The position numbers and the translations under genes were made by a program. Below are positions 36,375 through 46,790 of a DNA stretch of 64,000 bases, piece by piece (the first letter of the stretch is position 1; every line of letters starts with the position of its first letter). The notes under the pieces are model-generated. The model did not search any database and was not told the DNA's origin. It saw only the letters and a program-made list of their open reading frames with translations. Source of the stretch: Candidatus Micrarchaeota archaeon (lineage in GTDB: Archaea > Micrarchaeota > Micrarchaeia > Norongarragalinales > SBBD01); contig JBFYLP010000005.1 in the NCBI GenBank assembly GCA_041305345.1, forward strand, positions 109,817 to 173,816, given 5' to 3'.

Positions 36375-36719
36375 ATGGTTGATGCTAACGCCGTTCTGGA
36401 TGGGATCATCGTCCTCGAGACCGTGATCATCCTCTATAAGCTGCTGCAGCCTTCGCCATCGCAGTTCAAGACAGCTGACTACAAGCGTGAGAAGGTATTG
36501 AAGGAAAAGGGCCTTTCGGAAGTCAAGGCAACGGCAATGAAGCGGCTCAACTCCCTGCTTGATGTCCGGGGAAGGATCACAAGGGAGATTTCGGATGCAA
36601 AAAAAAGGTACATGGCCGGCGAGATCACCTACGAGGCGATGAGAATCATCGAAGCGGAAGGCGAGGGCAGGATCGATGAGGTCGATTTGAAGCTCGCCGA
36701 ATTCGAGGGCGCTTACTGA
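36375..36719 (+). CDS. Hypothetical protein with N-terminal TM and coiled-coil
   Basis: ORF immediately upstream of folD. Confidence 0.6.
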   Translation: MVDANAVLDGIIVLETVIILYKLLQPSPSQFKTADYKREKVLKEKGLSEVKATAMKRLNSLLDVRGRITREISDAKKRYMAGEITYEAMRIIEAEGEGRIDEVDLKLAEFEGAY

Positions 36720-36741
36720 TTTGAAGGGGGGATGATGCGCT

Positions 36742-37644
36742 ATGGTTTTGCTGATGGATGGAAGGAAGGTTTCCGAGAGGGTGCTTTTGGAGGTCAGGCG
36801 GGAGGCGGGGGCGCTTTTGAGGAGGCGCATCGTGCCATCCCTTTCCGTCGTGCTCGTGGGGAACGACCCATCCTCCGAAATATACGTAAATTCGAAGGAG
36901 AAAAAGGCAAATGAGCTCGGGTTCGTTTCCAGGAAGACCAGCCTGCCATCGAACATATCGGAAAAGGAATTGCTTCTCAAGGTGGAGGAGCTTAATTCGG
37001 ACAAGTCCGTTAATGCAATCCTTGTCCAGTTCCCGCTGCCCGAAAAAATCAACGAGAGGAGGGTTAGGGATGCGATTAAGCCCGAAAAGGACGTGGACGG
37101 GCTGTGCTCCCTCAATGTGGGAAGGCTAATCAATGGCGATGAGACGCTAGCACCCTGCACCCCAAAGGGCATCATCAGGCTTCTTGAGGAATATGGCATC
37201 ACGCCGGAGGGGAAGCACGCGGTCGTGATTGGAAGGAGCCTCCTCGTGGGAAAGCCAATTGCAAACATGCTCCTAAATAGGAACGCAACGGTTACGATGT
37301 GCCATTCAAAAACGCGAAACCTTGGTGAAATCGCAAACACTGCGGACATTCTGGTGGTTGCTGTTGGGAAGCCAAGGCTAATCACCGTTGAGATGGTTAA
37401 GGAAGGCGCAGTTGTCATTGATGTTGGGATCAATAGGCTGATGGGCGAAGCCATCAAGGAGGACGTGGGCCAGGCGGTGAAGCCGAAATTGGTGGGCGAT
37501 GTTGATTTTCAAGAAGTTAGCAGGAAGGTGCACGCGATTACTCCCGTTCCCGGCGGGATTGGCCCAATGACGATTGCGATGCTGATGAGAAACACTTTGA
37601 ATTGCGCAAGAATCCAGCACGGGCTGATTGGAAAAAGGCATTAG
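36742..37644 (+). CDS. folD: Bifunctional methylenetetrahydrofolate dehydrogenase/cyclohydrolase
   Basis: YVNSK, ILVQFPLP, KDVDG, PCTPKGI, GRSLLVGKP, TPVPGGIGPMT. Confidence 0.97.
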   Translation: MVLLMDGRKVSERVLLEVRREAGALLRRRIVPSLSVVLVGNDPSSEIYVNSKEKKANELGFVSRKTSLPSNISEKELLLKVEELNSDKSVNAILVQFPLPEKINERRVRDAIKPEKDVDGLCSLNVGRLINGDETLAPCTPKGIIRLLEEYGITPEGKHAVVIGRSLLVGKPIANMLLNRNATVTMCHSKTRNLGEIANTADILVVAVGKPRLITVEMVKEGAVVIDVGINRLMGEAIKEDVGQAVKPKLVGDVDFQEVSRKVHAITPVPGGIGPMTIAMLMRNTLNCARIQHGLIGKRH

Positions 37645-37834
37645 AAGAAGGAAGGTTGCAAGGCCCCGCCTGTGGATGTGGCCGCATCCCAATTTGGCAT
37701 TCGGCTTCGATGGATTTTTTCCTTGCCCACCGCAGGCGCTTTGCCTCAAAAATATATCGCCCCCGCTTCTCCCTTGCGCCTCAAACGATATGGTTTAAAT
37801 TCCCCTATCGCTTAAATGCGTAAAGGTCATCGGA

Positions 37835-38797
37835 ATGGCATTCCTGGACGTGCTGAAGCAGAAATGGATCTCAAGGAATCCGCTCCTAATAATTGCAATC
37901 GGATTTGGTGCCTCGCTCCTTGGAACCGGAACCGCACTGGTTGTCTTTCCAAGGGACGTTGGGCTCATGGGCCTTGCATTCGCGGCATTGATATTGCAGC
38001 CGCTTGTCGCAAGGCTCGTCACGTTCGAGGAGGAGCGCGATTTTAGGAAGAAGCGCATTTCGAGGCAAATTTTCCAGGACCATTCGCAGACATTCAAGAC
38101 GATACTGCTATTATTCTTCGGGATCCTGCTCGCATATGCATTGATGGGCCTTTACCTAAACGAGCTTCGGGTGAAGACGTTCTTTAGCCCGCAGCTTGAG
38201 CCTTACTTAAACCCATCCGACCGCGTTTCGCTTGAATGCTTTTTGGATTTCGATTGCTTCCTTCTTTCCAGGGCCGATACGAGTGCGGACCTTAGGGTCA
38301 TTGGCACCGATGGCAGGATCGAATCCTTGTTTGGGGACAATGCGCCAAGGCAGCCGGTTGGGAATGCGGGCCAGGCGGCGTTCCAATGCACTCCGGGCTG
38401 GGGATGTTTCTACCAGTACGTTGCAAACAACACCGTCGTCCTTGTAATCGTGCTGCTACTCTCTTGTTTTTACGGCGCGGGAGCGATGCTCTACCTTGCA
38501 TACAATGCTAGCGCGTGGGGCACAATCTTTGCATTCGTCGCAAGGGAATCGGTGACCGGGGGCAGCAAGATAGGCGCCTTTTCCTCCCTTTTTGCGAAGG
38601 TATTTCCGCACACGCTCCTTGAGGCTTCATCTTACTTCCTTGCAGTAATATCTGGCGTTGTCGTGATGAAGGCGCTGCTTAAGGAGACGGATCCGGCAAG
38701 GGTGCGCTTTGTCCTGAAGGATGCGGTTGTGTTCTTCTTCCTAGCGATCATCGTGATGCTGATTGCGGCATTCGTGGAGGCGTTCGTCTTCCGGTAG
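37835..38797 (+). CDS. Stage II sporulation protein M (SpoIIM)-like membrane protein
   Basis: Multi-TM; NN..V...YGAG...YNAS..G, PHTLLE..SYFLA..SG, AAFVE. Confidence 0.8.
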   Translation: MAFLDVLKQKWISRNPLLIIAIGFGASLLGTGTALVVFPRDVGLMGLAFAALILQPLVARLVTFEEERDFRKKRISRQIFQDHSQTFKTILLLFFGILLAYALMGLYLNELRVKTFFSPQLEPYLNPSDRVSLECFLDFDCFLLSRADTSADLRVIGTDGRIESLFGDNAPRQPVGNAGQAAFQCTPGWGCFYQYVANNTVVLVIVLLLSCFYGAGAMLYLAYNASAWGTIFAFVARESVTGGSKIGAFSSLFAKVFPHTLLEASSYFLAVISGVVVMKALLKETDPARVRFVLKDAVVFFFLAIIVMLIAAFVEAFVFR

Positions 38798-38861
38798 CAG
38801 AATTAGTTACGTTTGCATTAATTTCACTTCCGTGCCTCCGCAATTTAATTGGGAACAGCGC

Positions 38862-39629
38862 TCACTTGAGCTTTTCTAAAAGCTGCCTGTGGAGAATGCC
38901 GTTGCTCGCCGCGGCATTGAAGCTCCGGTCATCCAAATTGATCCGTTCCCCGCCAAACCGGCTGGCAATGCCGCCCGCCTCTTCCAGTATGCAAATCCCA
39001 GCCGCAACATCCCAGATGTAAAGGTAGGCGGAAATGAATGCATCGAACCTGCCGCACGCAACGTATGCCAGGTCAAGAGCCGAGGAGCCAAAGGTTCGAA
39101 CCCGGTGCTTCAACGCAAGGTTTTTTTCAAGGAGGAGCGTCCTTCTAATCACGTTTTCCTTCGGGGCCATCTCAACCGAAAGCAAAAGGTCGTAGAACTC
39201 CGCCTGCCTAGAAACGGATATTTTTTTTCCATTAAGTGTTGCTCCCAATCCCTTCCCGCCGCAGAACATTTCCCTAAGGGTTGGGGAATAGATCGCGCCT
39301 GCGACCATCTCATCGCCTTTCCTTAGGCCCACGGAAACGCAGAATAGCGGGTTCTCGTGCGCAAAATTGCCCGTGCCGTCAATTGGGTCGACGATCCAGA
39401 CATATTCCTTCTTGCTGCTAACGTACGGTGTTTCCTCGGATAGGAAATCGTGCTCCGGGAAGTTATCCTCGATTAGGATTTTCCTTAGCAGCGCCTCGGA
39501 TTTCTTGTCCGCTGCGGTTGTGATGTCGCGCTCCGCCTTGAAATGGCAGCCCTTCTCCTTGCCCTGGAATTCGAGCACGAGTTCGCCCGCCTCCTTCGCG
39601 GCCTTCCTTGCGATTTCTGAGAAATGCAT
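38862..39629 (-). CDS. Inositol monophosphatase family protein
   Basis: WIVDPIDGTGNF, GSSALDLAYVACGRFD, WDVAAG. Confidence 0.95.
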   Translation of the reverse strand: MHFSEIARKAAKEAGELVLEFQGKEKGCHFKAERDITTAADKKSEALLRKILIEDNFPEHDFLSEETPYVSSKKEYVWIVDPIDGTGNFAHENPLFCVSVGLRKGDEMVAGAIYSPTLREMFCGGKGLGATLNGKKISVSRQAEFYDLLLSVEMAPKENVIRRTLLLEKNLALKHRVRTFGSSALDLAYVACGRFDAFISAYLYIWDVAAGICILEEAGGIASRFGGERINLDDRSFNAAASNGILHRQLLEKLK

Positions 39630-39769
39630 ACGTTTTGGTTATTGATGGAAGTTTTAAATATGCAAGGCTTTTTTCAATCCCGTAAAAGGGATCCGCCTCC
39701 TATTGAAAATCGATACCCCCTTCACCCCATTCAACATCACGTTTAAAAGGATTATTTCCGTTTAAGTTT

Positions 39770-40186
39770 TTGGGGGGAGGCAAAATGGGAGATTTGAAGG
39801 AGATAACGGTAGTTGCAAGGGATCGGATCGGGCTGCTTGCCGACATCAGCGAGGCGCTTTCTGAAAGGAAGATCAACATCGAATCGATATCCGTTGAGAC
39901 TTCGGAGCGCACCGCAATCATAAGGCTAATACTGCAGGACTCGGGCAAGGCAAAATCCATACTTGAAGGGAAGGGGATGAAGGTTATGAACAACGACTGC
40001 CTGGTTGTTGGCATTCCCGACCATCCAGGCGAGCTCGCCAAGCTTTCAAGGCTGCTTGCTGACCATAAGGTGCACATCGAGAGCGCGTACGTGCTCGACA
40101 AGGAGGGCGAGAAGACTGTGCTTGCGCTCAAGATCAGCGATTACAAGAAGGCGAAGGACCTGCTAAGGAAGAGGAGGTACCTTTAA
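39770..40186 (+). CDS. Tandem ACT-domain protein
   Basis: DRIGLLADIS...INIE and DHPGELAKLS...HIESAY. Confidence 0.9.
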   Translation: MGGGKMGDLKEITVVARDRIGLLADISEALSERKINIESISVETSERTAIIRLILQDSGKAKSILEGKGMKVMNNDCLVVGIPDHPGELAKLSRLLADHKVHIESAYVLDKEGEKTVLALKISDYKKAKDLLRKRRYL

Positions 40187-40218
40187 TTCTCGCTCGGACG
40201 GCCGGATGGGAAAAAACA

Positions 40219-43200
40219 TCAATTTCTGATTATCCTGCAGACGACTTTGGGACTTCCATTTAGCGGTTTTCCATCGCGGTAAAGCTGCGCATAAATATTG
40301 GAGCAATCGTCAACATCCTCATTGTCCCAATATGCTACCTCGATGTTTTCAAATGGGAGGGATCGGAAAACGCCCCCGATATCGTTTTCTCCAATTCCCA
40401 GCTCGGATTTGGGCTTAATATTTTCACTGCAAAAGGTGGCGACGCCATAATGCTTTAAATTCGCATAAATCGTGCCGCCGTTGGCACCGATTATTTTTTT
40501 AATGTCTGATTTTGATGGGTCCGACATCCAAATCCTAAATTTCACTCCGCCACCTAATAGCCAGGATCTCGGGCTTACCTCACAATTTGCAACGGCCCAC
40601 GCCTCCGATGAATCGGTTGTTTGGGAAGATTGCAGCGCCAGTATCACAATGCCCCTGAATCCGTCGTTTTCTAGGATGCCACGCCATTTTTTCTCGATCT
40701 TCATTTGTTCGCCAATCTGCTTTACCTCGTCGGTCACGACCAGGCCGAATAATCCATCCCCGTCGGGCATCTTCACTTTGGCATCGGAAGGCAGTTGGTT
40801 CTCGAAAAATTCGATGGGAGCAACGGATAGCGAATTTTCTGATGCAGAACCCGCAACTTCCCGGCCATTGGCCTTGACACCGACCTTCGTGAACTTCAGC
40901 CCGAGCTTATGCTTGACGGTCACGTCAGCATTGCCATCCAGCCGGACTTCCAACTTGAATTCCTCGCTTGGCGAAGCGCTCACCTGCCCCTCCACGCGCC
41001 CCTCGTTCCCTTCGGGGTATTCGCCGGAAATGCAAATGTTGCTTATATCATACTTCAGGTCAGTTGATTTGGCTATTTCAACAATGATGGTTTTATCCTC
41101 CCCTCCGAGAAGCGTTTTGCAGGCGGTTTTTTTTGCCTCCTTTGCAGCAGCGGATTGGGCGGGCTCGTCGCCTGATTCAGTTGGTCTCGATTCATCCGGA
41201 AGCTGGCGATCCGCACCTTTGGTGAAAACATTCAACTCCAGCTCCGCTAGCTTCCTTTTCTCGAATGCGGCTTTTTCCCCCTCTTCTGGAACGCTGTAGA
41301 GGCTTATTGTCAGCAGGTCAATGATCTCATCCGGTTCAGATTCCTTTTCCGAAGTGCCCCGTTCCTTGAGCAGCTCTTCGTAATCAGCATCAATATGAAG
41401 GCCTTTTTCGTTGAAAACGCACTTAAGGAATTCGGTTTGCTTGGTTTGGGGGAATGTTGACGATTCGATTTCACAAAGGTATGCCTTCCCATCATCCGGA
41501 GTGATGATCTTGCCCGCATAAGGAACATCATAAGCCAGTTTCCGCTTCCCTGCCTCGCTAGGAATTTCCTGCTCATTGTTTTTCCTAAAGGATGCGGAGT
41601 GCAGCGTGGAGGAATGCGTACGCAGGATTCCATCGCAGCTAAGCTTCCCTCCCATTGGGAGGGGAATTTCAACCGATGATGAATCCTTGTTGTCTTCAGG
41701 AATTAGCAATGCGGGGTTATTCCCGTCTGGCTTGAATTTCCCGTTTTCCACCTCAATTGGAATGCCAACAACGCCTCCAAGACCGCCAAGTTCGGAAACC
41801 TTTGCCTCATCAGCGCTGCCCCAGCTGGAAAGCTTGCAATTTTCCGTGAGGACATCATCCGTCTGCTTGAATTTTGCAGCAGCAGGACCATTCCCATCGG
41901 TCAGGACAAATTGGAGGTTTTTTGAGAGGGGCTCGAGGTCGTACTCTTTCTTGGAGCCCAGTTGCAATGCCAATGGCAGGAGCTTTGTCAGGCCTACCGA
42001 GGGGTAATGGAGGATTGCATACAACTCCCCTTCCTTGTTTAGCGTTCCGTCCTTTTTCCCTGATGGCGCCGCGGCCTTGCCCAAATCAACTTCGTAGTCA
42101 AGGATTACGCCATTTTGGGATTGGGAGCATTTCTTCACATTCACGGCATTTTGCAGCTTGCTTGAGGGAGAACTCCCGAAATTTTGGGCGGATGGCGCGC
42201 CCGTGCGGTAGTTCGTCATCGACTGGAGCTGGCTGAAATAAGCCGGATCAGAGCCAAGCTTGCAGTTCATTGCGCTTGGCATTTGCGTTTGGGAAATAAA
42301 CGAGATTTCGTGGTGCACAAACCTCTTGAAAGTGAATGGGTCCACCTCTGCGCCCGCTTCGGGAAGCACCTCGTTTTGCATCGTGAACGTGGTTGCCGTG
42401 CTTTGCCTTGGAACCGTTGCGCCTTCCGCAATGATCCGGATTTTCACGCTCCTTGTCCCTCCCGACTGGAACCTCACGAGCAGCGAGCCCTCCACGTAGC
42501 CTGCATTGCACGCAGCTGCATTGAATCTGGAATCGTAAGTTGATGTGCCATATTGCTGCGAAACGGAAATTCCCTGCCCCAGGTTGGATTGGGTGGCTGC
42601 GATTTGCGGATAGGAAAAGGCGGATACGCCCATCTGCGGGTAGCTTGAGTAATCGACATACCCCTGCGCGTATTGCGGCAATGGGTAGTAGCCATTCCCG
42701 TTGATATTCACCTGCGAGTAGCCCCCGTCATAATATTGGCCTGAAGTGCCGAGGTTGGAATTGCCATAGCCCGCATTCTCAAAGTAGTAATAGCACGCGG
42801 GGTTGCTTGAATATATCCTTTGGAGGAGCTTGTTGTACGTGTCGTATCCTGAGAAATCCGCAAGCACGTGGACCCGCTGCTCAAGAGGGCCGCAGATGTC
42901 AGCTGTTATGCCATAATCAATTCCCTGGACCTCGCATCCATCAACAAGGCCGCCTAAATTCCCAAGGGAATAATAATTGTCGAACCTGCGGGTGTTGGGG
43001 TTGAGAGTGAAGACTATGGGATCCGGAAGGGGCGGGAGCTCCCTGTAATAGATGGGCTGAGCGGATGCAATTGCACCTGCAGTGGGCGATGCGTCGATGA
43101 TTGGCGCATCAGGCGCGGTTACGATGACCGTAAAAGTCCTGGTGAGTTGGCCTGTTGTGCGGACGATGACGCTCCCTTTCTGCCGGAACGAACGGTCGAT

Positions 43201-46200
43201 TGTTTCGGAGGAATAATCGGCGGAAATGTGCACCATATCCTTGTTGCACTCGGCGGCAACGTTGAAATCATCACTTCCGCGGATGTCGCAGAAAGCAACT
43301 TCCCCGATGCCGGAGGTGGAAAAGAACTTGTCGGCAAAACCGTTCTCATCAAGTGCAAGGTTCACAATAGAGGGCATCACCGGAAGCGCGGGGTTGCCAA
43401 TCGCCTGAACTTCGGGCGAGGTCACATCAATCCTGACGGGGATTGCAATGCGCACCGACTCCTTTTGCGAAAGCGCGTTTTCAAATATCAATTGGCAGTT
43501 TGACGCGACCGTAATGTTTGGAAGCACGCCCACCTGCACCTCTATGGAATCCTTGAAGTTCGCAACCGAATTCGGGAATGCATAAAGCACAGGCGAAGTT
43601 GCGCTCCCGCAATTTGAGATTACTAGAAGAGTCCCCTTCGCGTCATCCAATGTCGAGGCTACCTCCACCGATTGCTCCAAAAGCCCGCTCGAATCGCCCT
43701 TGAACGTAAGGCTCGAAGGCACCGTTTTTAGGGAATCTTCGGGAGTTTCAACATTGATGATGCACCCGTCATACCGCTTGAATTCGGGATGGTCGACACG
43801 GATCCCAATTTTCCCGGAGGAGATGGCAGAAAGGTCAAATGAATAGATGCCACCTTCGCCCTCGCCCTTATCACCGTTTCCGGAAAGGAGCAACTCGTCG
43901 CCGCCAAGGGGGCTGCGCTCGCAATCGTAAAGGGTGATGATCGCATCGGGAACAGCCACGCCCTGCTCATCAAACACCGATGCCCTAATCTTCCTTTGCT
44001 CCCCTGCAATGATTTTGAGCGGGGTTGCTGCAACCTTAAGGAGGTTCTGGCCGGATATTTTGACATTTTGGTGGAACGTGAATGAGCGCGCCTCCGACTT
44101 GAATTTCAGCTGCAGGTCGGTGGTGCCTGCGCGGATCGCCTTCATCCGTAGGGTGCCTGGAGTGCGCAGGTTCACCGGTATTTCAACGGCAATGCCCTGC
44201 TCCTTACCGGAAGTAATTGCTATAGGTTCATCCGCAAGGTCGGTCCCTGCTGTTGCCTCGAGCAGCTTGACGTTGCCGCTTTGCACTGCAATTGTGCTGA
44301 TCCGTTCAGTTGAAAGCACCTCGAATTGGATGTTGAAGTCGGATCCAAGCAGGATCTCATCCTCAAGACGGAATTTCCTGCAGAAGCTTGAATCCGCTGC
44401 GCAGATCAGGGGCGATGAGGTTACTCGCTGCTCAAAGACCGAATTCCCAAAGCTGCAGGCGCGTTTTACAAGGTCGAATGGCGTAAGCAGGGGTTCAGCC
44501 TCAAGTTGCTCCTCGGATGGGCTGGTAAAGATGATTCCGTTCTTTTGCGCGTAAGATTTGAAGTTGAGCGCAAACGACGAATCTGCAGGCGCAGTTGCAT
44601 CAACGCGGATCTTGGCAACTACCTGCTTCGCGCCTGTTGTGCCTTTTGGGAATATTAGGTCAAGAGATGTGATCTTTCCCTTTGCATCCTCATCCAAGTA
44701 GCAACCTTCCTTCGAATATTTTGATGAGGTATATACGGATTGGCCGGCAAAGTCCCATTCGCCAATTTCCACGAAGCCCGATGGGGAAGTGAGATGCAAG
44801 TGGAAGCCGGCAACATCAGCAGATAGCGGGAATCCCACAAGGAATTTGGCATCGTATGTTTCGCCGTTGCCAGCTTCCGTAATGGCTTCCCCTCTCTGGT
44901 TGGTCAGGCCCACGAATGCAACGGTTACGCTGCTTGCATCAGCTTGGGAAATCAGCTGCAATGCAACCTTCCGGAACTCGGATGGGGAAAGTGAAAGGGG
45001 CGCGGAAGTGGTCACAAGGTACTGCGGCGATTGGGCCCTTAGCGTGATTTCGGAATTTGCCGGCAGCTCCTCGAGCACGCATTTCCCTGCGGTTAGTTCA
45101 CAGCTTGCAAGCATCACTCCCCCCTCATCCAATGCTTCGATCCTTCCGGATGGGACCTGCTGCTTCTTTAGCGCATCAGTTAGGGAAATTTCAATGGATG
45201 CGGGATTGCCAACAAGCGTGATTTCGATTGCCTCATCGAATCCCGAGGTGATCATTGCGCTTTCGCCTGCGCTTGCATCCTTCACGGCCTTTGCATAAAA
45301 TTTGTAGGCCGCGCCGCTTATTTCACTTGGAAGGGAAAATACGGCACGCCCCTCGTGGTCCGTGTATTTCGGCGGTATTCCAAGGAACGATCCATCTTCC
45401 TTAAAAATGGAAATTTCCGCGCGTTCGGCGCCGTCGCCTTCCTCGATTGCGGTAATTTCCAAATCGAAGGAGTTCTCCTCGGTTTCCCTCGTAAGTTCCA
45501 ATGTGCGCCGCGAGCTTGATGCGCCTGCGATGAAGGATGCGGGCAGGAAGCCTTGCGAGTATGCCGTAAGGTAGAACTCCTCGTCCTTCGAAACAAGCAT
45601 CGTGGCCTTCCCATCCCCAACCGTTTGCACCTTGCCAAGATGCTTGCCTTCCAAATCAAAACGGTTGATGACAGCCCCACCCAGGGCGGCGCCATCACCT
45701 GTCACGAGAAGGTCGATGTAATCGCCAGTTAGTTTCTCCTCGAGGAAAACTGAAAGCTCCAACACGTCACCTGATGAGGAAAGCCTGAATGGGTTGGAGC
45801 TCGAGCCGAGGTATTTCGCGCTTTCTGAAACCTCCACAACCAATTCCCTTCCGATAAGGACGCCCTCGAAAAGCACGGCGCCATCCCCGTCGCTCCTTGC
45901 GCTCTTAAGCAAACGGAAGGTCGATGCATCCTTGAGGGAAACAAGAATATCCGAGAGCTGAGTATCTGATGCAGAGGTGAGTGAAATGCTAATGTCGCCA
46001 ATTTCTGGCACCTGTTCCTTGGAGGAATCGTCCGTGCGATCTGATTCAAGTGAAACGCTAATCGAGCCCGCCTCGATGTCACGCGCCCTAATGTCCTTCG
46101 CATATTCCTCGAAATCATCTGCAATAACCCTAAGGGTCGCGTGTTCCGGCACGTTTTCGAATGAGAATGTGGCAACCCCGGAGAAATCCGATGTTAGCGT

Positions 46201-46734
46201 TTCCGCGCTGCCATCGTCAAGAATTAGCCTCACTTCCGCCTCCCGCACGTACTGGTTGGCGGTGTCGGAAACCCATACTGCAAATTGCGTGATCTGCGCC
46301 TCCCCGCCCTGCACCTGCGTGAGGCTTATTTCCGTGGCCGAGAAGCTGATGCTCTCTTCTATTTCCGCATAAACGCCATTCGGATCCGTCACCTTCGCCT
46401 TCAAATCCGAATCCAATGGGACCTCCTTGAAGGTCGCCTTCCCATCAAAATCCGTCTCGGTTTTGCCAATTGGGCTATCCTTGTCATAAAGCCTAACTTC
46501 CATCCTAGGAAGCGGGTTGCCCTCGGAATTTTTGATCAGGAGCGTTAGGGAATCCGTGCGCTTCACAACCGAGGGTAATGAGAAATACGCGCCCGCAAGC
46601 AGAAGAGCAATAAGCAGCACCGGAAGGATGGCACGCGGCGAAGGAACCCCTTTTTCCTCGAGGCTTGCCATCAGCCCTTCATACTGCTCCTTTAGGTTTT
46701 CGATGAAGGATGGCTGCGAATCCTGCGCGCTCAT
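40219..46734 (-). CDS. Giant membrane-anchored surface protein 2 (paralog of 28477-36252)
   Basis: 2171 aa; EEKGVPSP+TM; Ig-like repeats; shared AYSQGFLP and DGSFLG motifs. Confidence 0.85.
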   Translation of the reverse strand: MSAQDSQPSFIENLKEQYEGLMASLEEKGVPSPRAILPVLLIALLLAGAYFSLPSVVKRTDSLTLLIKNSEGNPLPRMEVRLYDKDSPIGKTETDFDGKATFKEVPLDSDLKAKVTDPNGVYAEIEESISFSATEISLTQVQGGEAQITQFAVWVSDTANQYVREAEVRLILDDGSAETLTSDFSGVATFSFENVPEHATLRVIADDFEEYAKDIRARDIEAGSISVSLESDRTDDSSKEQVPEIGDISISLTSASDTQLSDILVSLKDASTFRLLKSARSDGDGAVLFEGVLIGRELVVEVSESAKYLGSSSNPFRLSSSGDVLELSVFLEEKLTGDYIDLLVTGDGAALGGAVINRFDLEGKHLGKVQTVGDGKATMLVSKDEEFYLTAYSQGFLPASFIAGASSSRRTLELTRETEENSFDLEITAIEEGDGAERAEISIFKEDGSFLGIPPKYTDHEGRAVFSLPSEISGAAYKFYAKAVKDASAGESAMITSGFDEAIEITLVGNPASIEISLTDALKKQQVPSGRIEALDEGGVMLASCELTAGKCVLEELPANSEITLRAQSPQYLVTTSAPLSLSPSEFRKVALQLISQADASSVTVAFVGLTNQRGEAITEAGNGETYDAKFLVGFPLSADVAGFHLHLTSPSGFVEIGEWDFAGQSVYTSSKYSKEGCYLDEDAKGKITSLDLIFPKGTTGAKQVVAKIRVDATAPADSSFALNFKSYAQKNGIIFTSPSEEQLEAEPLLTPFDLVKRACSFGNSVFEQRVTSSPLICAADSSFCRKFRLEDEILLGSDFNIQFEVLSTERISTIAVQSGNVKLLEATAGTDLADEPIAITSGKEQGIAVEIPVNLRTPGTLRMKAIRAGTTDLQLKFKSEARSFTFHQNVKISGQNLLKVAATPLKIIAGEQRKIRASVFDEQGVAVPDAIITLYDCERSPLGGDELLLSGNGDKGEGEGGIYSFDLSAISSGKIGIRVDHPEFKRYDGCIINVETPEDSLKTVPSSLTFKGDSSGLLEQSVEVASTLDDAKGTLLVISNCGSATSPVLYAFPNSVANFKDSIEVQVGVLPNITVASNCQLIFENALSQKESVRIAIPVRIDVTSPEVQAIGNPALPVMPSIVNLALDENGFADKFFSTSGIGEVAFCDIRGSDDFNVAAECNKDMVHISADYSSETIDRSFRQKGSVIVRTTGQLTRTFTVIVTAPDAPIIDASPTAGAIASAQPIYYRELPPLPDPIVFTLNPNTRRFDNYYSLGNLGGLVDGCEVQGIDYGITADICGPLEQRVHVLADFSGYDTYNKLLQRIYSSNPACYYYFENAGYGNSNLGTSGQYYDGGYSQVNINGNGYYPLPQYAQGYVDYSSYPQMGVSAFSYPQIAATQSNLGQGISVSQQYGTSTYDSRFNAAACNAGYVEGSLLVRFQSGGTRSVKIRIIAEGATVPRQSTATTFTMQNEVLPEAGAEVDPFTFKRFVHHEISFISQTQMPSAMNCKLGSDPAYFSQLQSMTNYRTGAPSAQNFGSSPSSKLQNAVNVKKCSQSQNGVILDYEVDLGKAAAPSGKKDGTLNKEGELYAILHYPSVGLTKLLPLALQLGSKKEYDLEPLSKNLQFVLTDGNGPAAAKFKQTDDVLTENCKLSSWGSADEAKVSELGGLGGVVGIPIEVENGKFKPDGNNPALLIPEDNKDSSSVEIPLPMGGKLSCDGILRTHSSTLHSASFRKNNEQEIPSEAGKRKLAYDVPYAGKIITPDDGKAYLCEIESSTFPQTKQTEFLKCVFNEKGLHIDADYEELLKERGTSEKESEPDEIIDLLTISLYSVPEEGEKAAFEKRKLAELELNVFTKGADRQLPDESRPTESGDEPAQSAAAKEAKKTACKTLLGGEDKTIIVEIAKSTDLKYDISNICISGEYPEGNEGRVEGQVSASPSEEFKLEVRLDGNADVTVKHKLGLKFTKVGVKANGREVAGSASENSLSVAPIEFFENQLPSDAKVKMPDGDGLFGLVVTDEVKQIGEQMKIEKKWRGILENDGFRGIVILALQSSQTTDSSEAWAVANCEVSPRSWLLGGGVKFRIWMSDPSKSDIKKIIGANGGTIYANLKHYGVATFCSENIKPKSELGIGENDIGGVFRSLPFENIEVAYWDNEDVDDCSNIYAQLYRDGKPLNGSPKVVCRIIRN

Positions 46735-46790
46735 GTTAATACAGATGAATAAAATCGTTTAAAAGGATGCTCATTTCTATCTAACCTGAC

